Shown in pieces: positions 12,667 through 26,514 of a DNA stretch of 64,000 nt. The notes below the pieces were generated by a model. It was not told where the DNA came from. It was given only the letters and a program-made list of their open reading frames with translations, and ran no database searches. Origin of the DNA: Camelus dromedarius (lineage: Eukaryota). The stretch spans positions 48,548,001 to 48,612,000 of the forward strand of contig NC_087437.1 of the NCBI RefSeq assembly GCF_036321535.1. Reading direction: 5' to 3'. A program made the translations under genes and the position numbers. How positions within the stretch are numbered: the first letter of the stretch is position 1; every line of letters starts with the position of its first letter.

Positions 12667-14631
12667 ACTATTTCATCTCTTCATGTATGAAGGCAGAAGG
12701 AATCCCAAAGCAGAAAAGCTTGGGATCATCGTGATAAAGTGCTTTCAACCCTAGCACACAAACATCTCTGTTTTCAAGGTCATAAGCACCCACAAGAGTC
12801 TAAGCAGAAAGAAATTTTATTCATACATCTATATCCTACACTAATTCTCCCTTCCCATTGTGGCAGTCACCTTCATTTGCTGTGATAGTTCTTTTGTCTC
12901 TGGAGCCATTTTATCTCTTATCTCACTCTGGTTTCCTTCAAAGATTCCTATTGAGCCACTTTCCAACCTTCATAAATGTCACAAATGTCAGTATGAGTCT
13001 GACCCTGGATCTCAGACAAATCAGGAAATGGAGCTGGAAATAAGGGAGGATGGAGAGAAAAGTGTTTCATACCTCCACATACTCAGTCCTGGTCTTGTTA
13101 GCCCCATATTTTAAAACTAATTAGTAGCATGTTTTTGAAACATTAAAAATATAAGCTAATATTAAAATGGTCCTGATCAGCATCCTGCATGCAAATATTT
13201 CCTCAAATACTGAGCGCACTTTTCTCAGAATCTGAGATAAATTTCAATGTTCTTGGCAAAAATATGAAGGTAGATGAGCCCAAAAAACAGACTTCAAAGT
13301 AGATTATTAAATCTAGTTGCAGTTAACATACTAAACAAAAACACAGTCATTAGTCTTTAAGTTTTTGATAGTATACATTTTTAAAAAATGAAAGAATCTT
13401 GGATTATTTAAGGCCAATGACTTCATTTTAGAAACAAAAACTTACAGGTAAAGTGACTTCAAAAGTAACTAGGCTTGACCTCAAACTGAAACCTCCTGAT
13501 TCTTAATTTGATTCTCTTTCCCTTACATCCATTATCTTATAAGGGTAGCTTGTGGGGTTAAAGTATTTTGCCACAATGATCCATTCATTCAGTCAGCAGA
13601 TATTTATTGAAAATCTACTGTGTTCCAGGTGATGTACAAGAAAGGGTGATCTATCAGGGGTGAAAATCTTAGTTCAAACCTCAGGTCTTTCAAATCTGAT
13701 GCGTGTTCTTATGCAAGTGATATATATATATAGCCAAATCTCAGCATCCTTATCCTAAAATGAAGGTTATAGTTAAATCATCTATAAGGTCTCATTCAGT
13801 TTTCAGTTTCTATAATTCAATTAAATAGCTATATATCTTAAACAACAGCAAAAAATTCATGAATGAAGATTTAAAGTTTCATAAATACTTCACTCTAAAC
13901 CAAATGTAAGATGTTCACGTGGCAGATTTAGGTCATTGGATGACATCTGATGGATACTTTTTTTTTCATAAAAGAAGAGACTGATAAATTACTACCTGCA
14001 ACTATGTCCAAACAAATCAAACTGCTAATAACTTAAAAAAAAAAAAACAAAACAGGTTTAGTGCACATCTTATAAAGGTACTTAATAATATACCTTTTAG
14101 AATCTGGAAAAATAAAATTACTTTAGCTATGCCTCACTATGTTTGATAGCTCTAAGCTTTCAGAATTAAGTCCCCAAATGCATTTTATATAGACTCTCTA
14201 ATGGACATCATAAATTAAATTTGGCACCAAGCTGAATTATATCAACCTAATAGATAATCTCTAAGGCCAACCTAGATTTTAGATCTCCTACAAGTAAGGT
14301 TTGGGGAGGGAGATATATTTTGATGAATTTTTCAATATTTCAAGAAATGTCAGAGGCTTAGGTTCTTAAAATAATCCTAAATATGTTTAAAATCAACAGA
14401 TCAACAGAATAACTGGCCATTTTATTTATTATAGTAAATTAACAGACTATGTTTAATTCTGGTTTCCCCTTATAAACCTACAACTCTGGAACACTGTTAA
14501 CCAAAAATTTTCTTGTTACAAATGAGAAAAATATGGCCTAGGGTGATAACTGTTTTTCAAAAGTTTACCAGCAAAGCCAGAGCTACAACTGTAGTATTCA
14601 TTTCTATTCCACTACACTGCCATCTCCTTCT

Positions 14632-15345
14632 AATTTTTTTTAACTTAACTGAAATATAATTGAAGTACAATAAATGTCTTAAAGTATACAATGTGATCAG
14701 TTTTGACCCATGTATATACCCATAAAACCACCACCACAATCAAAATGACATGGCACATTATCCCAAAAATTTACCTCAAGCCCCTCTGTATTCCATTCCT
14801 CCCTCCACCTCTACCCCTGGATGACCACTGATTTGTTTTCGGTCACTATAGATTAATTTGCATCTTCTAGAATTCTGCATAAATGAAATCACACAGTATA
14901 TGGTACTCTTTTTAGCCTGGATTCTCTCACTCTGCTTAATTTTGAGATTAATCCACGTTACTGGATGTATTAATGTTCATTCCCTTTTTATTGCTGAGTA
15001 GTATTGTACTGTATAGATATACCATACATTTATTCATTTAAGCATTGATGAATATTTAGGTTATTTCTAGTTTGGGGCTATTAAAAATAAAGCTGCTATA
15101 AATATTCACATACAAGTTTTTATCTAGAACAGAATGGCTGGGTCATATGACACGTACATGTTTAACTTGAAAAATATCCATTAATTTTCCAAAGTAGTTG
15201 GACCATTTCACATTCTCACCAGCATGAGAGCTCTAGTTGCTCCATAAACTTGTCACCATTTAGTATTGTCAGATCTTTCTTTTTTTTTTTTTTTTTCATT
15301 TTAACCACTCTAAGGGTATGCTATCCCAGTTGTTATTGCGTTATT
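14632..15345 (-). mobile_element. Old L1 (L1MB/MC-like) 3' end
   Basis: ttattgctgagtagtattgtactgtatagatataccat...gggctattaaaaataaagctgctat, antisense L1 3' UTR. Confidence 0.85.
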
Positions 15346-15699
15346 TTAACACCTTGGATGTTCCTGACACAACTTGTGCTACTCTGCAAATTTAGAGGAA
15401 ACAATGGCACATTTAATAATGTAATATGTGACTGAATGACAAGGATAAGAGTATTTTTTCATAAGTTATTTTTACCACAATGGCAATTACCTTAATATCT
15501 GTATTTATCAACAATTAAAAATTGACTTACAATGTATACTACTTAAATATTTTTGCCTTTTTTAAAGTACTTTTTAAGTTTATTTTTCTTTAACCTTATT
15601 AACTTCTTTTTCTAAAAGGAGCACAGAAAATAACCAAGTAGTTGAATACACAACTGCCCAAAGGACAAGAGTAAATAATATAAAAACATAAACTCATTC

Positions 15700-16250
15700 A
15701 AGAAATAAAAGAGCTATTTATTGCATACCAAATAGACACAGGTTTTTGAAATAATAATGTCTAGGGTTGGCAAGAGTGGGTGTGGTAAAATAGACATTCT
15801 CATTTATTACTCATGGAACAGACTACTTAGAAATCAATTTGGCCATTTACAGTGAGAGCCTTAATAGTGCTTATATCACTTGACATAGTAATAGCACTTC
15901 TAGAAATTTTAAAACTCTAAACAATCAGAGGTATGGACAATTATTTATCTTTCAGGATTTCAGAATTATTTATAAGGCTTGTAAACTGAAAATAACCTAA
16001 TTGTCCAAAAGTAGATGAATGGCTAAATTAATTATGATTCATACATGTGGTATTATGCTTCTAATAAAAATAACAGATTTGAAGACTATTTAATTGCATG
16101 AGTGGTTACTTATATAATTTTTAGAGAATGAAACAAAAAGATTACCACAATTATATAAAGGAAAACAATGTACCTTAAAATGCAAGAAGGAAAGATACCA
16201 GAAGTTTAATAGTGGTACCTGTTCTTGAAGAGTTTACACTTAAATTGGTA
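15700..16250 (+). mobile_element. Ancient L1 (L1ME-like) 3' fragment
   Basis: Degraded ORF2 end/3' UTR motifs (gtaatagcacttctagaaat; aacctaattgtccaaaagtagatgaatggctaaat). Confidence 0.55.
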
Positions 16251-17389
16251 GATATATTGAGTCAGTAAATACATTACTTGTATCTATTTAGAAATATGCA
16301 AGTAATAAAATATACAAGTAATATATCAAAGCACAGAGGCATGACCAACTAATTAGCTCTGTACAGGGAATTTCTTTTGAACTGAACCTGGAGGAATGAG
16401 TGGTTTTCCAGATGGAGAACTAGTAGAAAGGCATTCTTGGAGGAAGAAATAATGTATGCAAAGCCACTGAGTTGTTTGTCTCCCTGGTATATAGTTCGAG
16501 GGAGAAATATTCAATTAATGTTTGTTGAATACACTAATGAATGAGTCATTAAAAAATTCATTCTCTCTGTTCTTTGTCTCCTATATTTCAGTTACTAAAA
16601 GTCTGCCATTACAACATAATGGTATATTACAAATTTCTAAACTAATTTTATATCAGTTATATCTTAGGATGTTGCTTCCTAAAATCATCTTGGAACTCCT
16701 TAATTTCATCAGTAATTGATCAATAATTTATTAAATAGTTAATGTAGGTGATTCTGGAAGACCCCCTCAGAGAGCCAATCACCACCTCTTAAGAGTATTA
16801 GCTCTTTTTCTTGCCTTATATCCTAAGAAACAGCTGATATTTAGACCAATAATACTTTATCTACTCACCAACTATAAATCAAAAGAGTGACTTAATTGAT
16901 TTTAGAACCCTTTTCTTTGAAGAAGAAATAAAAACCTACTACATGGGGCTCTTTGATACAAATTAGGCTTCTTTTTTTTAATAGATTTTTTTGCTGTTGT
17001 TTATTCTTCTTAAAATAATAAAATGATATTTTGGCAACATTGATTGCAAAATTGATATTAAAAAATCTGCACAATTACTTAATTCCTGAGTCATTACTTA
17101 TCTTTTTAATATCCATACAGATTGAAATCCATCACCTTTGTCAGCAATGGAAACTTGGTAATGTTTTTCTAATCTAATGACATTTGACAAGAAAATGACC
17201 ATTGAAAAGAAAAGCAGAGGGATACACTCTCAACTGAGGCAAGATTTAAATCATATATGGGAACTTAACTTCAAAAAGATATTTATTTATTATTAAAATA
17301 ATAGCAACTAAAAACTTTTTTTCTAGCCATTTTACTTACAAGATAGTCTAAACAATCCCCTATATCAAGATAAGCAAAATGTTGCAGTC

Positions 17390-17705
17390 ATTCATCTGAT
17401 CATTCATTCAACAAATGTTTACAAGAATCTAGTACATGTAAGGTATTGTATTAATACAAAAAATCAACTTTTATTGAGTACTTATTATGTGCCAGGCACT
17501 ACACTAGCTATTTTTTACACATTATTTCAAAATTATTATGAATTAGGTATTATTATTATTATTATTATCTCAATTTTACAGAAGAAAAATGGGAAGCTAA
17601 AGAGGTCAAATAACTTGCTCAATAGAAGAGGTCAAATAATAAGTTCATAAGTGGCTGTTCTGGGATTTGAATTTACAACAGGCTCTGTTTTCTTTCCACT
17701 ATACC
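17390..17705 (-). mobile_element. L2 tail plus MIR SINE
   Basis: cattcattcaacaaatgtttac; ttgagtacttattatgtgccaggcact...caattttacagaagaaaaatgggaagct. Confidence 0.65.
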
Positions 17706-20371
17706 ACACAAACCACTTTAAACCATTTCAAAATTTAAGGGATATAAATATTTAGAGTATCTAACAATGCACAAATCAATATTCTGTTAAAGTTAAGTAT
17801 GAATCACTTTTAAGTTAGCTACCTAAATTTCATTTGTGGTTAAAAGTGTAAATATTAAAGTACTTTTTCTGTTGACAGTAATTCCCAGTCTCATCTGTAG
17901 CACTTGCTAACAGCCAACATCGCAATGAATTTCACAGAGGTAACTGAAAAACTATCATTGCGTTGACCAGCATGGAAATTTCCTGCTGGTCCCTCTGTGT
18001 TAGCGGAGTTACCCCTCAAATCTAAAATGCCTATAATCGTGTGGAATATCCAAGACTGGGTTCTTGCCTATGTGTTTGCCAAACAATAGCCAGGAGTTGC
18101 AGCTACTCAGTTCTACTATTTTGACTTCCATGGTAGTGGACTAGAGCGTGATCATTTTATAAAAACATTTGATTATTAATTTAGTTATACAATAATCTCT
18201 TACTGAGTACTTATTTATGCAATCTATATATTTCTTTTGTTCAAAGAAAATATACCCAATCACAGTTTACATATCTATCTTGAGTAAATAAGGCATGTTT
18301 AGGACCTTCACTGATTCAGTTTGCATATACACTCTAGACATGTGGAGAGAGTCTATAACTACTTCCAAGTCCTCTAAATACCTCAGACCTTTATCAGGAG
18401 GGACACATGCCTTTTTCACCATTTTTATCTCTAACCCCATGCATACATGCCTTGTATACTGTTGGTGTTTTAAAAAGTTTGTTAAGTAAATGAACTCTAT
18501 ATCCTTTCAAATCCTTTGGCAGCATCCTTAAAAAAAATAACAGTAGCCTCTGGGTCAAAGGCTCTGGCTCTAGTCCTGACAATATGACAAACTCAGCATC
18601 TGACTTTTTAAACAAGCCATAGCAACCGACTGCTTCCATGAGATTGAGTAGAACTGAATGCATGGCTAGGATGTTAAGGGATGGTACCAGATGTTCCTTA
18701 GTACAGCACTAGTGGCTTTCAGCTCATTTCTGAAAATAATTGCTTTAAAATGAGCCTTCAACCAGAGAGCTCATGATGAACAAGAAGGTTTTTGGAGGTG
18801 ATGCTGGAAAATATTTGTGAGTGGTCCAGCCCTGCAGACCTAGGAACTATAGAGAAGATAAAAAGCTCTGAGACCCTGCTGTCAGAATGGGCTCAGAAAT
18901 TCCAGCAGGAATGAATGTCCACCTAGTGGGTCCACACTGGGAGACAAAATTGACTCTGAGCAGTGAAAGGAAATACAATCATCAAGATGCACCAGATACC
19001 CTGGGAAGCCAGATAGGTGGGCCAGATAGAATCTCCCAGAAGAAGTAACCGGTTCAGGCCCTCCTCACAGGAGCAGGTGAAGCACGCTTAGAGGGAGTCT
19101 GACAATGCTATACTTTATGGAAGTCTGCAGGCAAGTAATGTCTGTAGGTTGGGTTTGGGAGAAGAATGCCAGACTCTAGAGTCAGTAGCTACAAATAGCA
19201 TACAAGGTCAAGGCAGGGCATAGCAAGGCTGGACTAATGTTGAGTCTGATAATCACAAGGTTTCTCAAGAAGAGCTCTTAAAATCATCCTGCTGCTCATT
19301 CCTTACCAGACTTCAGATTCTGTGAAACTGATGGCTGCTTTTTGCTCAGAGAAAATACATTTATTTGATTCTGTTTTTAACTTTTTCTTCAACTCCTATA
19401 CTATCTATAGCCAATATTTTTCAAATGGTTCTATGATGATTCCTTTGAATAAGAGTTAATGAACATAATCAAAAATGGTTGCAAAATCACTTCGCTGTTA
19501 CATTAGTAGTCCAGTGATCAGCACAGATCCCAGGATAACCTGGTCCCCTCTTTTCATTGCACATGCAAAGCACTAAGGTGCAGGGAGGTTGCATGACTTC
19601 TTTGACACAGTACAACTACCAGTTAGAGAGAGCATTAGGACCAGAATCTATGTCACGAACACGCCTAGTTCAGTGCTTGTTCCCTGCACAGTGCTAGTTC
19701 TGTTATAATGTGAACACATTCAGCTTTCCTTGCTGACTGTTTTATCTTGCACAAGACTTCATGAAATAACATTCTTATCAGACTATATTTCCCAAATAGC
19801 TTGCTTACTAAATTTCTCTTACTTACATGAATATCTTATTTGTTGGTCTTTGCTTTTACTGCTAAAAACAAAACAAAAAATGCAATGTCCAATGTGTTTA
19901 TACAACTCAGTATATGGCTCAAAAACTGTCAGATACAATTTATGCATGGTAGTCACTGTTAATAATCAATGACAATATTACAAAAATCTTTAAGTGGCTT
20001 TATTGATAGGGATATTAAATTTGATAGGATGGGAGAAACTAAGAATTCACATTAAAATAAAGGCAGGGATGTAAAAATGCAGTGAAAATTACCCAAGTAG
20101 GCATCCCAGCTGAGCCACTAATCAATTCTGTGACCTCAGGGAACTCTCTTAACCAGATTCCTCTTAAGAAGAAGGAGAAGGAGAAGCAGGGAATAGTGGG
20201 AGCGGGGCAAGAAAGGAGGTAAGGGGAGAGGAAGGAGGAGGAGTTGGAACTAATATAAAAGATTCTTGGATTTAAATAAAGCCTCCAGAGCTCCATGCAG
20301 ATGTACTCCAATTCTGGCAAAAAACAGGGTCTAGGATATAAGCATGGTTTATGTACATAAAAGTCTGTGTG

Positions 20372-20620
20372 ATAATAATAGCTAAGTCAGAGAATAACCA
20401 TATGCCAGGTATTTTTCCAAGAGCTACGAATATGTGAATTCATGGATTAATTGTCGCAAATTCAATGAGATAAGCATCATTTTTATCTCCATTTTCCAGC
20501 TGAGGAAACAGAGGCATGAAGATTAAGTAACCTGCCAATGTCATACGCAGAATAAGTGTAGAACCAGGGTTTTAACCCAATCTGGCTCTAGAGTCATGCA
20601 CTTAAAATGCTGTGTTATAC
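20372..20620 (-). mobile_element. MIR SINE
   Basis: ccattttccagctgaggaaacagaggc...aagtaacctgccaatgtcata. Confidence 0.75.
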
Positions 20621-20759
20621 TGCCCCTTGACGATGGGTGAGCTGACAGGTTTGGGTGGCTGACGATGACAGAGATTAAGAGATTTTGTATAGTCTTCTAA
20701 GGTAAAATGGATAATAATTATAGCATCCTTCCTGGGACTGTTTTTTTAGTTTACAATAG

Positions 20760-21150
20760 TAGGGCACCAATATTTATCCAGTTGCTAAGGTCAAAAAATC
20801 GAAGAGTAATTCTTGATTTTTGACCTTTCTCTCACCCCAGAACCCAACAGCAAGCCATCTTAGGTCTCCCATCAAAACAAATCCAGAATCCAACCATTTC
20901 TGACTACTATGCTGCTACTACTTGGTGCGTCTTCCTGTTCACCTTCACCTGTAATGTTGCAATTATCTCCTAATTCACCTCCCTGCTTTTACACTTACTC
21001 TTCTACAGTCTAATCTCCACAGAGCATACTGAGTAATTATTTTTAAAACAGATCACATCACCCATCTACTCAAAACCCTCCTATAGCTTCCCATGACATT
21101 TAGAATAAAATCTAAACTCCTTACCAAGGCCTGACTCATGATCTGGCCCT
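20760..21150 (+). mobile_element. L2 LINE fragment
   Basis: ctacagtctaatctccacagagca...cagatcacatcacccatctactcaaaaccctcc...agaataaaatctaaactccttacc. Confidence 0.7.
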
Positions 21151-23289
21151 CGTGGACTTGTTATCCATTTTTCCTTATGGAGTATATTTTGCTATCTGAA
21201 TGAAACTTGCTGAAATCTTTGAACTTCTGTTGTGATGTTCTGTACTTTTTCCTACCAAAATGCAACTGCTCTGTCTCTACTGGAGGAGAGTGAACTCATT
21301 AGCATTAAACACTAAGATAATTACTACATTAAAAGCCCATGCCATGTGGAGATGCAGAAATGAAAGCTGCCCCCTGCTTCTTTTGCTTTTCACATTCTAT
21401 GGAAACTTTCTAGAGTGCCCTGAGAAAATCTTTTTTTTTTTTTTTTAAATGACAAAAACTACCTGCTCAGCAGCCCTTTCTTCTCTAGGTATTGTCTACT
21501 CATCATTACAAATGATAAGTTGCTGGCTTAAGACTGATGTTTGTCAGTTCAGATAGAACCTTTGGAATAATTAATGATACTATTTATTTTTAAAATCACA
21601 GGTTTTAAAAACTGGTGGCATGCGTACACAGTGTATGAAAAGGAAAAGCTGCTGCTTCCTGGAACCTGACTTCCTCATCAAGGGAAATCAAATAAGTCAA
21701 ACATACCGACACTTAAAAGTTGAATAAGAAGCCTTTGTCTCTTTTTGTTTTTCCCTCCTGAGCTGTGATAGTTCAGGAAAGTGCTCTAGAAGATTCCATT
21801 CATGTGTTCTGAAAGCATTAATTCCTCCCTTAAACATCTATGGAAGTAACCACTATCTAGTGGTTTAAAAGACCATAAAATGGATACAAACCCTTTTCAT
21901 TAAATATCTTACTGCAACATCTATGATTTGATTCCATATATACAGACAACAATAAAACTAAAAATCTCTAAACTGGCTGTTTTCTAGGCTCAATCATAGG
22001 AGTTGAAATAAGTTAGTTCTCAATTTCCAAAACAGTATTTATAACAACAGTCTTTTTTATGTGCTAAGACTGCATTTAGTTCTCTAGAAACAGATTTGAA
22101 GTTGTGCCCTCTGCTAACCTTCTACTGAGATTAGATCTACACATTTTAAACTCTATTTGAAGCATAGATTACAGTCTCTGTGACTCTATCATTAAAATAA
22201 ACAACCTCAAAGTAATATATAATCACAATAAACCAAGGAATTAAGGTGAAATTCTAAGTTAGTAATTCACTCAAAAAACGAGTTAGCTACCCTGCTGTGG
22301 GCTTCAAAGGCTGTAGATAATAAACTAAAAACTATAAGCAAACTGAAACAAAGACAGTGAACATAACTCTTGAGACTGATTTATATCATTTTAATACTTC
22401 ATCTCTCTCCCAGAAAATATAGACTGAACTGTTGATATCCTAACCAGGTACGAGATCAAAAGTATCTTACAACCAATACAGTACAAGCACTGACCTTGCA
22501 GAGTAGACTCCAGCCTGCCAGAGAAAGAAAGTAGTGTCTTTGAGGACCCCTTTTGTGGCAGGCAAGAACCATTTTGTTGCTGATTTGGGGGAGGCCTGGT
22601 GAGTTCTGGGGGAGGGTCTAGGGCCAAGCTAGTGGGGGTGAGGGTGGGGTCAAAGAGCTTGGAGTATAGGCTCTTTACCAACCAGTAAAAAAGTATTTCA
22701 GTATTTTTAACTCCTGGAAGATCCATACAATACATGCCAATCGAACATTACCCTTGACACTGTCATGAGCTTTGGGTAGCTGAGAAAGAGAAGACGGAAA
22801 GCAATGGAGTGGGGAGAGGAAATGAACATATCAGTCCCTCTAAAATATTTTTTCATCTTGCTATTTCTCTCCCCTTAGTGAGATCCTACTCATTCATCAG
22901 AATTCAATTCAAATGTCACTTATAAAGTCAAGTGCTCCCTCCCAATTCCCAACCTTCCTTGTTCTCATTCTCCCCTCACTATAATTATTTGGGAACCTGT
23001 GTGAGTATGGGTATTTGCTCAATGCCTCTTTCTCACATTAGACTCAAAGCCCTAAGGGCTCTTAGACCTTGATTTAGACATTGTCCTTTGGCTTACTGTT
23101 TCCTTCCACACAACTAGAAAAATACTTAAGGCATATTAAATATTTTTTGGATAAACAATGAATGGAGAGGTTAGTTTGATTTTAAAACACTACATAGCAT
23201 ATAGGGCCAAACGAAAGAGCAACTAACCATAGTCTACTCACAATAAAGGAGAAAGTCACGCAAGTAAAAAAAAAGATCATGATAAAAAC

Positions 23290-23520
23290 ATGTAACATTT
23301 ATTGAGTTCTTACTATGAGATAATCACTGTGCTGTGTTTCAAATACATATACCTTATTTAATTTTCCCAAAACCCTATGAGGTAAGCACTATTTTCACTG
23401 TCTTTATTTTGTAAATGAGGAAACTAAGGCTTAGAGTAATAAAGTAAACTGCTAAAATTCAAAAGCTAAAATTTTAAGCTAGTTTTGTCAAATACCAGAG
23501 ACTGAGCTCTTAATCTCCAC
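23290..23520 (-). mobile_element. MIR SINE
   Basis: catttattgagttcttactatg...ccctatgaggtaag...gtaaatgaggaaactaaggcttagag. Confidence 0.75.
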
Positions 23521-23974
23521 ACATTCAGTTTCTCCACGTTGAATCAATTCAGTATATATTCCCTTCCTTTGGGGTGAATGAGCCAGCAAATACTGTATGC
23601 TTTTTACTGGATTGGATTAAGTATGCATAAGAACCAAACTAATGCATTGTAAGAGAGATAACTTGACAAGAAAAACTGCTGCAGACATGTCCTGGTATCT
23701 ATTGATGAGCAGATGGTGCACTTCTGAGAAATATCAGGATATATGAAAGAAAACATTTAGGCAACTGATGTTTATGTGGGTGCAATTTTCTGGCTACAGC
23801 AGATGCCTATTGCTTCCTGACATCTGCCATATCCCACTCTACATACCAAAAAAACATATAGCTGACAAAGTTGCATACATTGTGACTTTGCATTTCAGTA
23901 AATTGTATTTACTGGCCCTAAAAGGCATCCTCTAACCAAGAATTCAGAAGCTGAAATTGGTCTCTCAGGTACTA

Positions 23975-24200
23975 CAGCGCAATAGAAAGAACACAGACTT
24001 TGGAATCAAACAAGTCTGAATTCACAATTCTGGGCCTGCCATTTACATGCTGTAAGATCTTGAACAATGTTCTCACTTCACAGAGCTCAACTTTCTTTAT
24101 CAGTAAAATAACAGTATTACCTAACTTGCTGGTTGCTGTATGATTCAAAGAGGAATAAAGTGTCTGACAAACAGCAGACACTTAATAAATGCTAGCTAAA
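23975..24200 (+). mobile_element. MIR SINE
   Basis: gaaagaacacagactttggaatcaaacaag...cttaataaatgctagc. Confidence 0.7.
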
Positions 24201-24228
24201 TATCCAAATCAAACCAAAGTTAGCTTAA

Positions 24229-24685
24229 TATAAAGGTTAATTTAATGTATCAACTTGGAGGGTGTTTTTGAGTGAGACTAACTTTTAAATCACTCAATTT
24301 TGAGTAAACAGATTACTTATGTGGGCGAGCCTCATCCAATCAGTTGAAGGCTTGAATAGAACAAAAGCAAATGGGAATTCTGCCTTCAGAATCTGTCTGC
24401 ACCACCAGCACTCCTGGGTCTCCAGCCTGCTGGCCCTGCAGATTTTAGACTCACTAGCCTCCATAGTCATAGAAGTCAATTCCTTTTCTCTCTCTCTGTA
24501 TATATATGAAATTATATAAACATATATATACAGACATCCTATTAATACATATGTACATACATACACACATATATATACACACATATCCTATTATGTACAC
24601 ATCCTATATATATCTACATATATATATGCACTTACACATACACACGTCCCTTTGGTTCTATTTCTCTGGACAATCTTAACTAAAC
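24229..24685 (+). mobile_element. MLT2-type ERVL LTR with internal (TA/CA)n expansion
   Basis: ggttaatttaatgtatcaacttg...cctcatccaatcagttgaaggcttgaatagaacaaaag...ggttctatttctctgg. Confidence 0.8.
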
Positions 24686-25533
24686 GTTCCTTAATTGTCT
24701 GATGAAACAGGACAAAACCAGTTTTAGACTGGGAGGGTAAGATTGGGTCTATGGGTAGAACAGGCTTGAAACAAGGAGAAATAGAGAACACTGGGCCTGA
24801 AATATCCATAAGCCTAAAGACAACTCAATTGGGAGCCATCATTTAGAAAAGGACTCAGAAAAAGTGTTAACGGAAGTGTGGGAATTGGGGCTGCTGAGAG
24901 AAAAGATGAAAAGTAAATTCTAGGGACAGGTTACAATGATTGCTCTTTTTGTAGTATATGATTACCAAATCTCAATTTGTGGTGTTTAATTAAGGCTCAG
25001 AGGAGAAAAGGGATGCTCTGAGACTATAGTCCATTGAGTGGTAAGACCAAAGGGATAATCTAAGGCAGGGCTCTCTAATTAGGAAAGACTGGAGGCCCCC
25101 TTAGAGGTCAACTCTCAGAGAAATCTTAGGAACTCTGAGAGATCACACCATCTGGGTTCACATAACCAGTGACCATAGGATGTCTACAAAAAGGCAGCAG
25201 GTTGCAAGTTCTGCTGGGTGAACAAAGCCTAAGAGTAGGCTTCCTCATGTCTTGAGTAAAGTCCATTTTCATCTTGTGTCCTGAGTTCCCAGAGAAAAAC
25301 TCTAAGGAAACTCAGATAACTGAGATAACACCTCTACCAAAAACTTTCTTTTGTTCAGAAGCATATGTTTTTGTTGCAATGGACTGATTGTACATCTATG
25401 CAGTTAAGTTCCTTCCATTCATGAATCAGTAAATTGAATTTTTTAAGTCACCCTTAGTTACTTTGGCCCAACACCAATTGATTAGTATTGGCCTTACTAT
25501 ACTAGCCTATGATTAGTCAATTTTAAACAAGGA

Positions 25534-26083
25534 TGTATTAGTTAAGGTTTTTCAGAGAAACAGAACAATAGGTATATATATATATACACATACATAGAAA
25601 GAGAGAGAGAGAGAGGGAGAGAGAGAGGGAGAGAGAGAGATTAGGTGATTATGAGGAATTGGATCCTGTGATTCTGGAGGATAAGTCCCACAATCTACTG
25701 TCTGTCTGCAAGCTGAAGATGCAGGAGAGCTAGTGTTTGTAGTTCAGTCCAAGTCCAAAGGTCTAAGAACCAGGGAGCGGCTGATGTAAGTTTCAGTCCA
25801 CCGGCAGGAAAAGACCAATGTCCCAGCTCAAGCAGTCAGCAAAAGGGGCAAATTCTCCCTTCCTCTGCCTTTTTGTTCCATTCAAGTCCTCAGTGAATTG
25901 GATGATGCTCACTCACATTGTTTGACACAGGGGGAGGTCGGCAATCTGATTTACTCAGTCTACTGATTCAAATGCTAGCCTCATCCAGAAACATCCTCAC
26001 AGACACACCCAGAAATAATGTTTAGTAAATTGCCTGGGCACACCATGATCCAGGAAAATTGATACATAAGATTAACCATCACA
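25534..26083 (-). mobile_element. MLT2-type ERVL LTR with (TA)n(GA)n
   Basis: tgtattagttaagg...cctcacagacacacccagaaataatg...attaaccatcaca. Confidence 0.85.
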
Positions 26084-26201
26084 AAAAAAATTGGGGTCAT
26101 CATTCTGGGGATCATATTTCTAAGATCTTTCAAGAAAAGTTATAAAGTTGGGGACAGGTGATGCTGCTAATAGGGGTCATTTAAATTGTTATATTCTAGG
26201 G

Positions 26202-26514
26202 CAGGGGTCAGCAAACTTTTTCTGTAAAGGGCCAGACAGTAACATTTTAGGCTTTGAAGGTCATAAGGTATCTGTCTCAACTACTCAACACTGCTTTTGG
26301 AGCACAAAAGCAGCCACAGACAATACATAAATGAAAGACCATGGCTGAGTCCCAGTTAACCTTTATTTATGGATACAAATTTGAATTTCATGTAATTTGC
26401 ACATATCACAAAAGGTTGTTTTTCTTTTTATTTATTCTTTAACCATTTCAAAATGTAAAACCCATCCCTAGCTCATGGACCATACAAAAACAGGTTGCAA
26501 TTTGCTAACCCTTG
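26202..26514 (+). mobile_element. MER58B-like hAT-Charlie MITE
   Basis: TIRs caggggtcagcaaac...tttgctaacccttg; TCTAG-centred 8-bp TSD-like flanks ttctaggg/gtctagga. Confidence 0.85.

Noticed and set aside
18590..19260. GC-richer block possibly a processed pseudogene
   Set aside because: No sustained reading frame, poly(A) tail or TSD; probably an ancient LTR-type relic that I could not assign.
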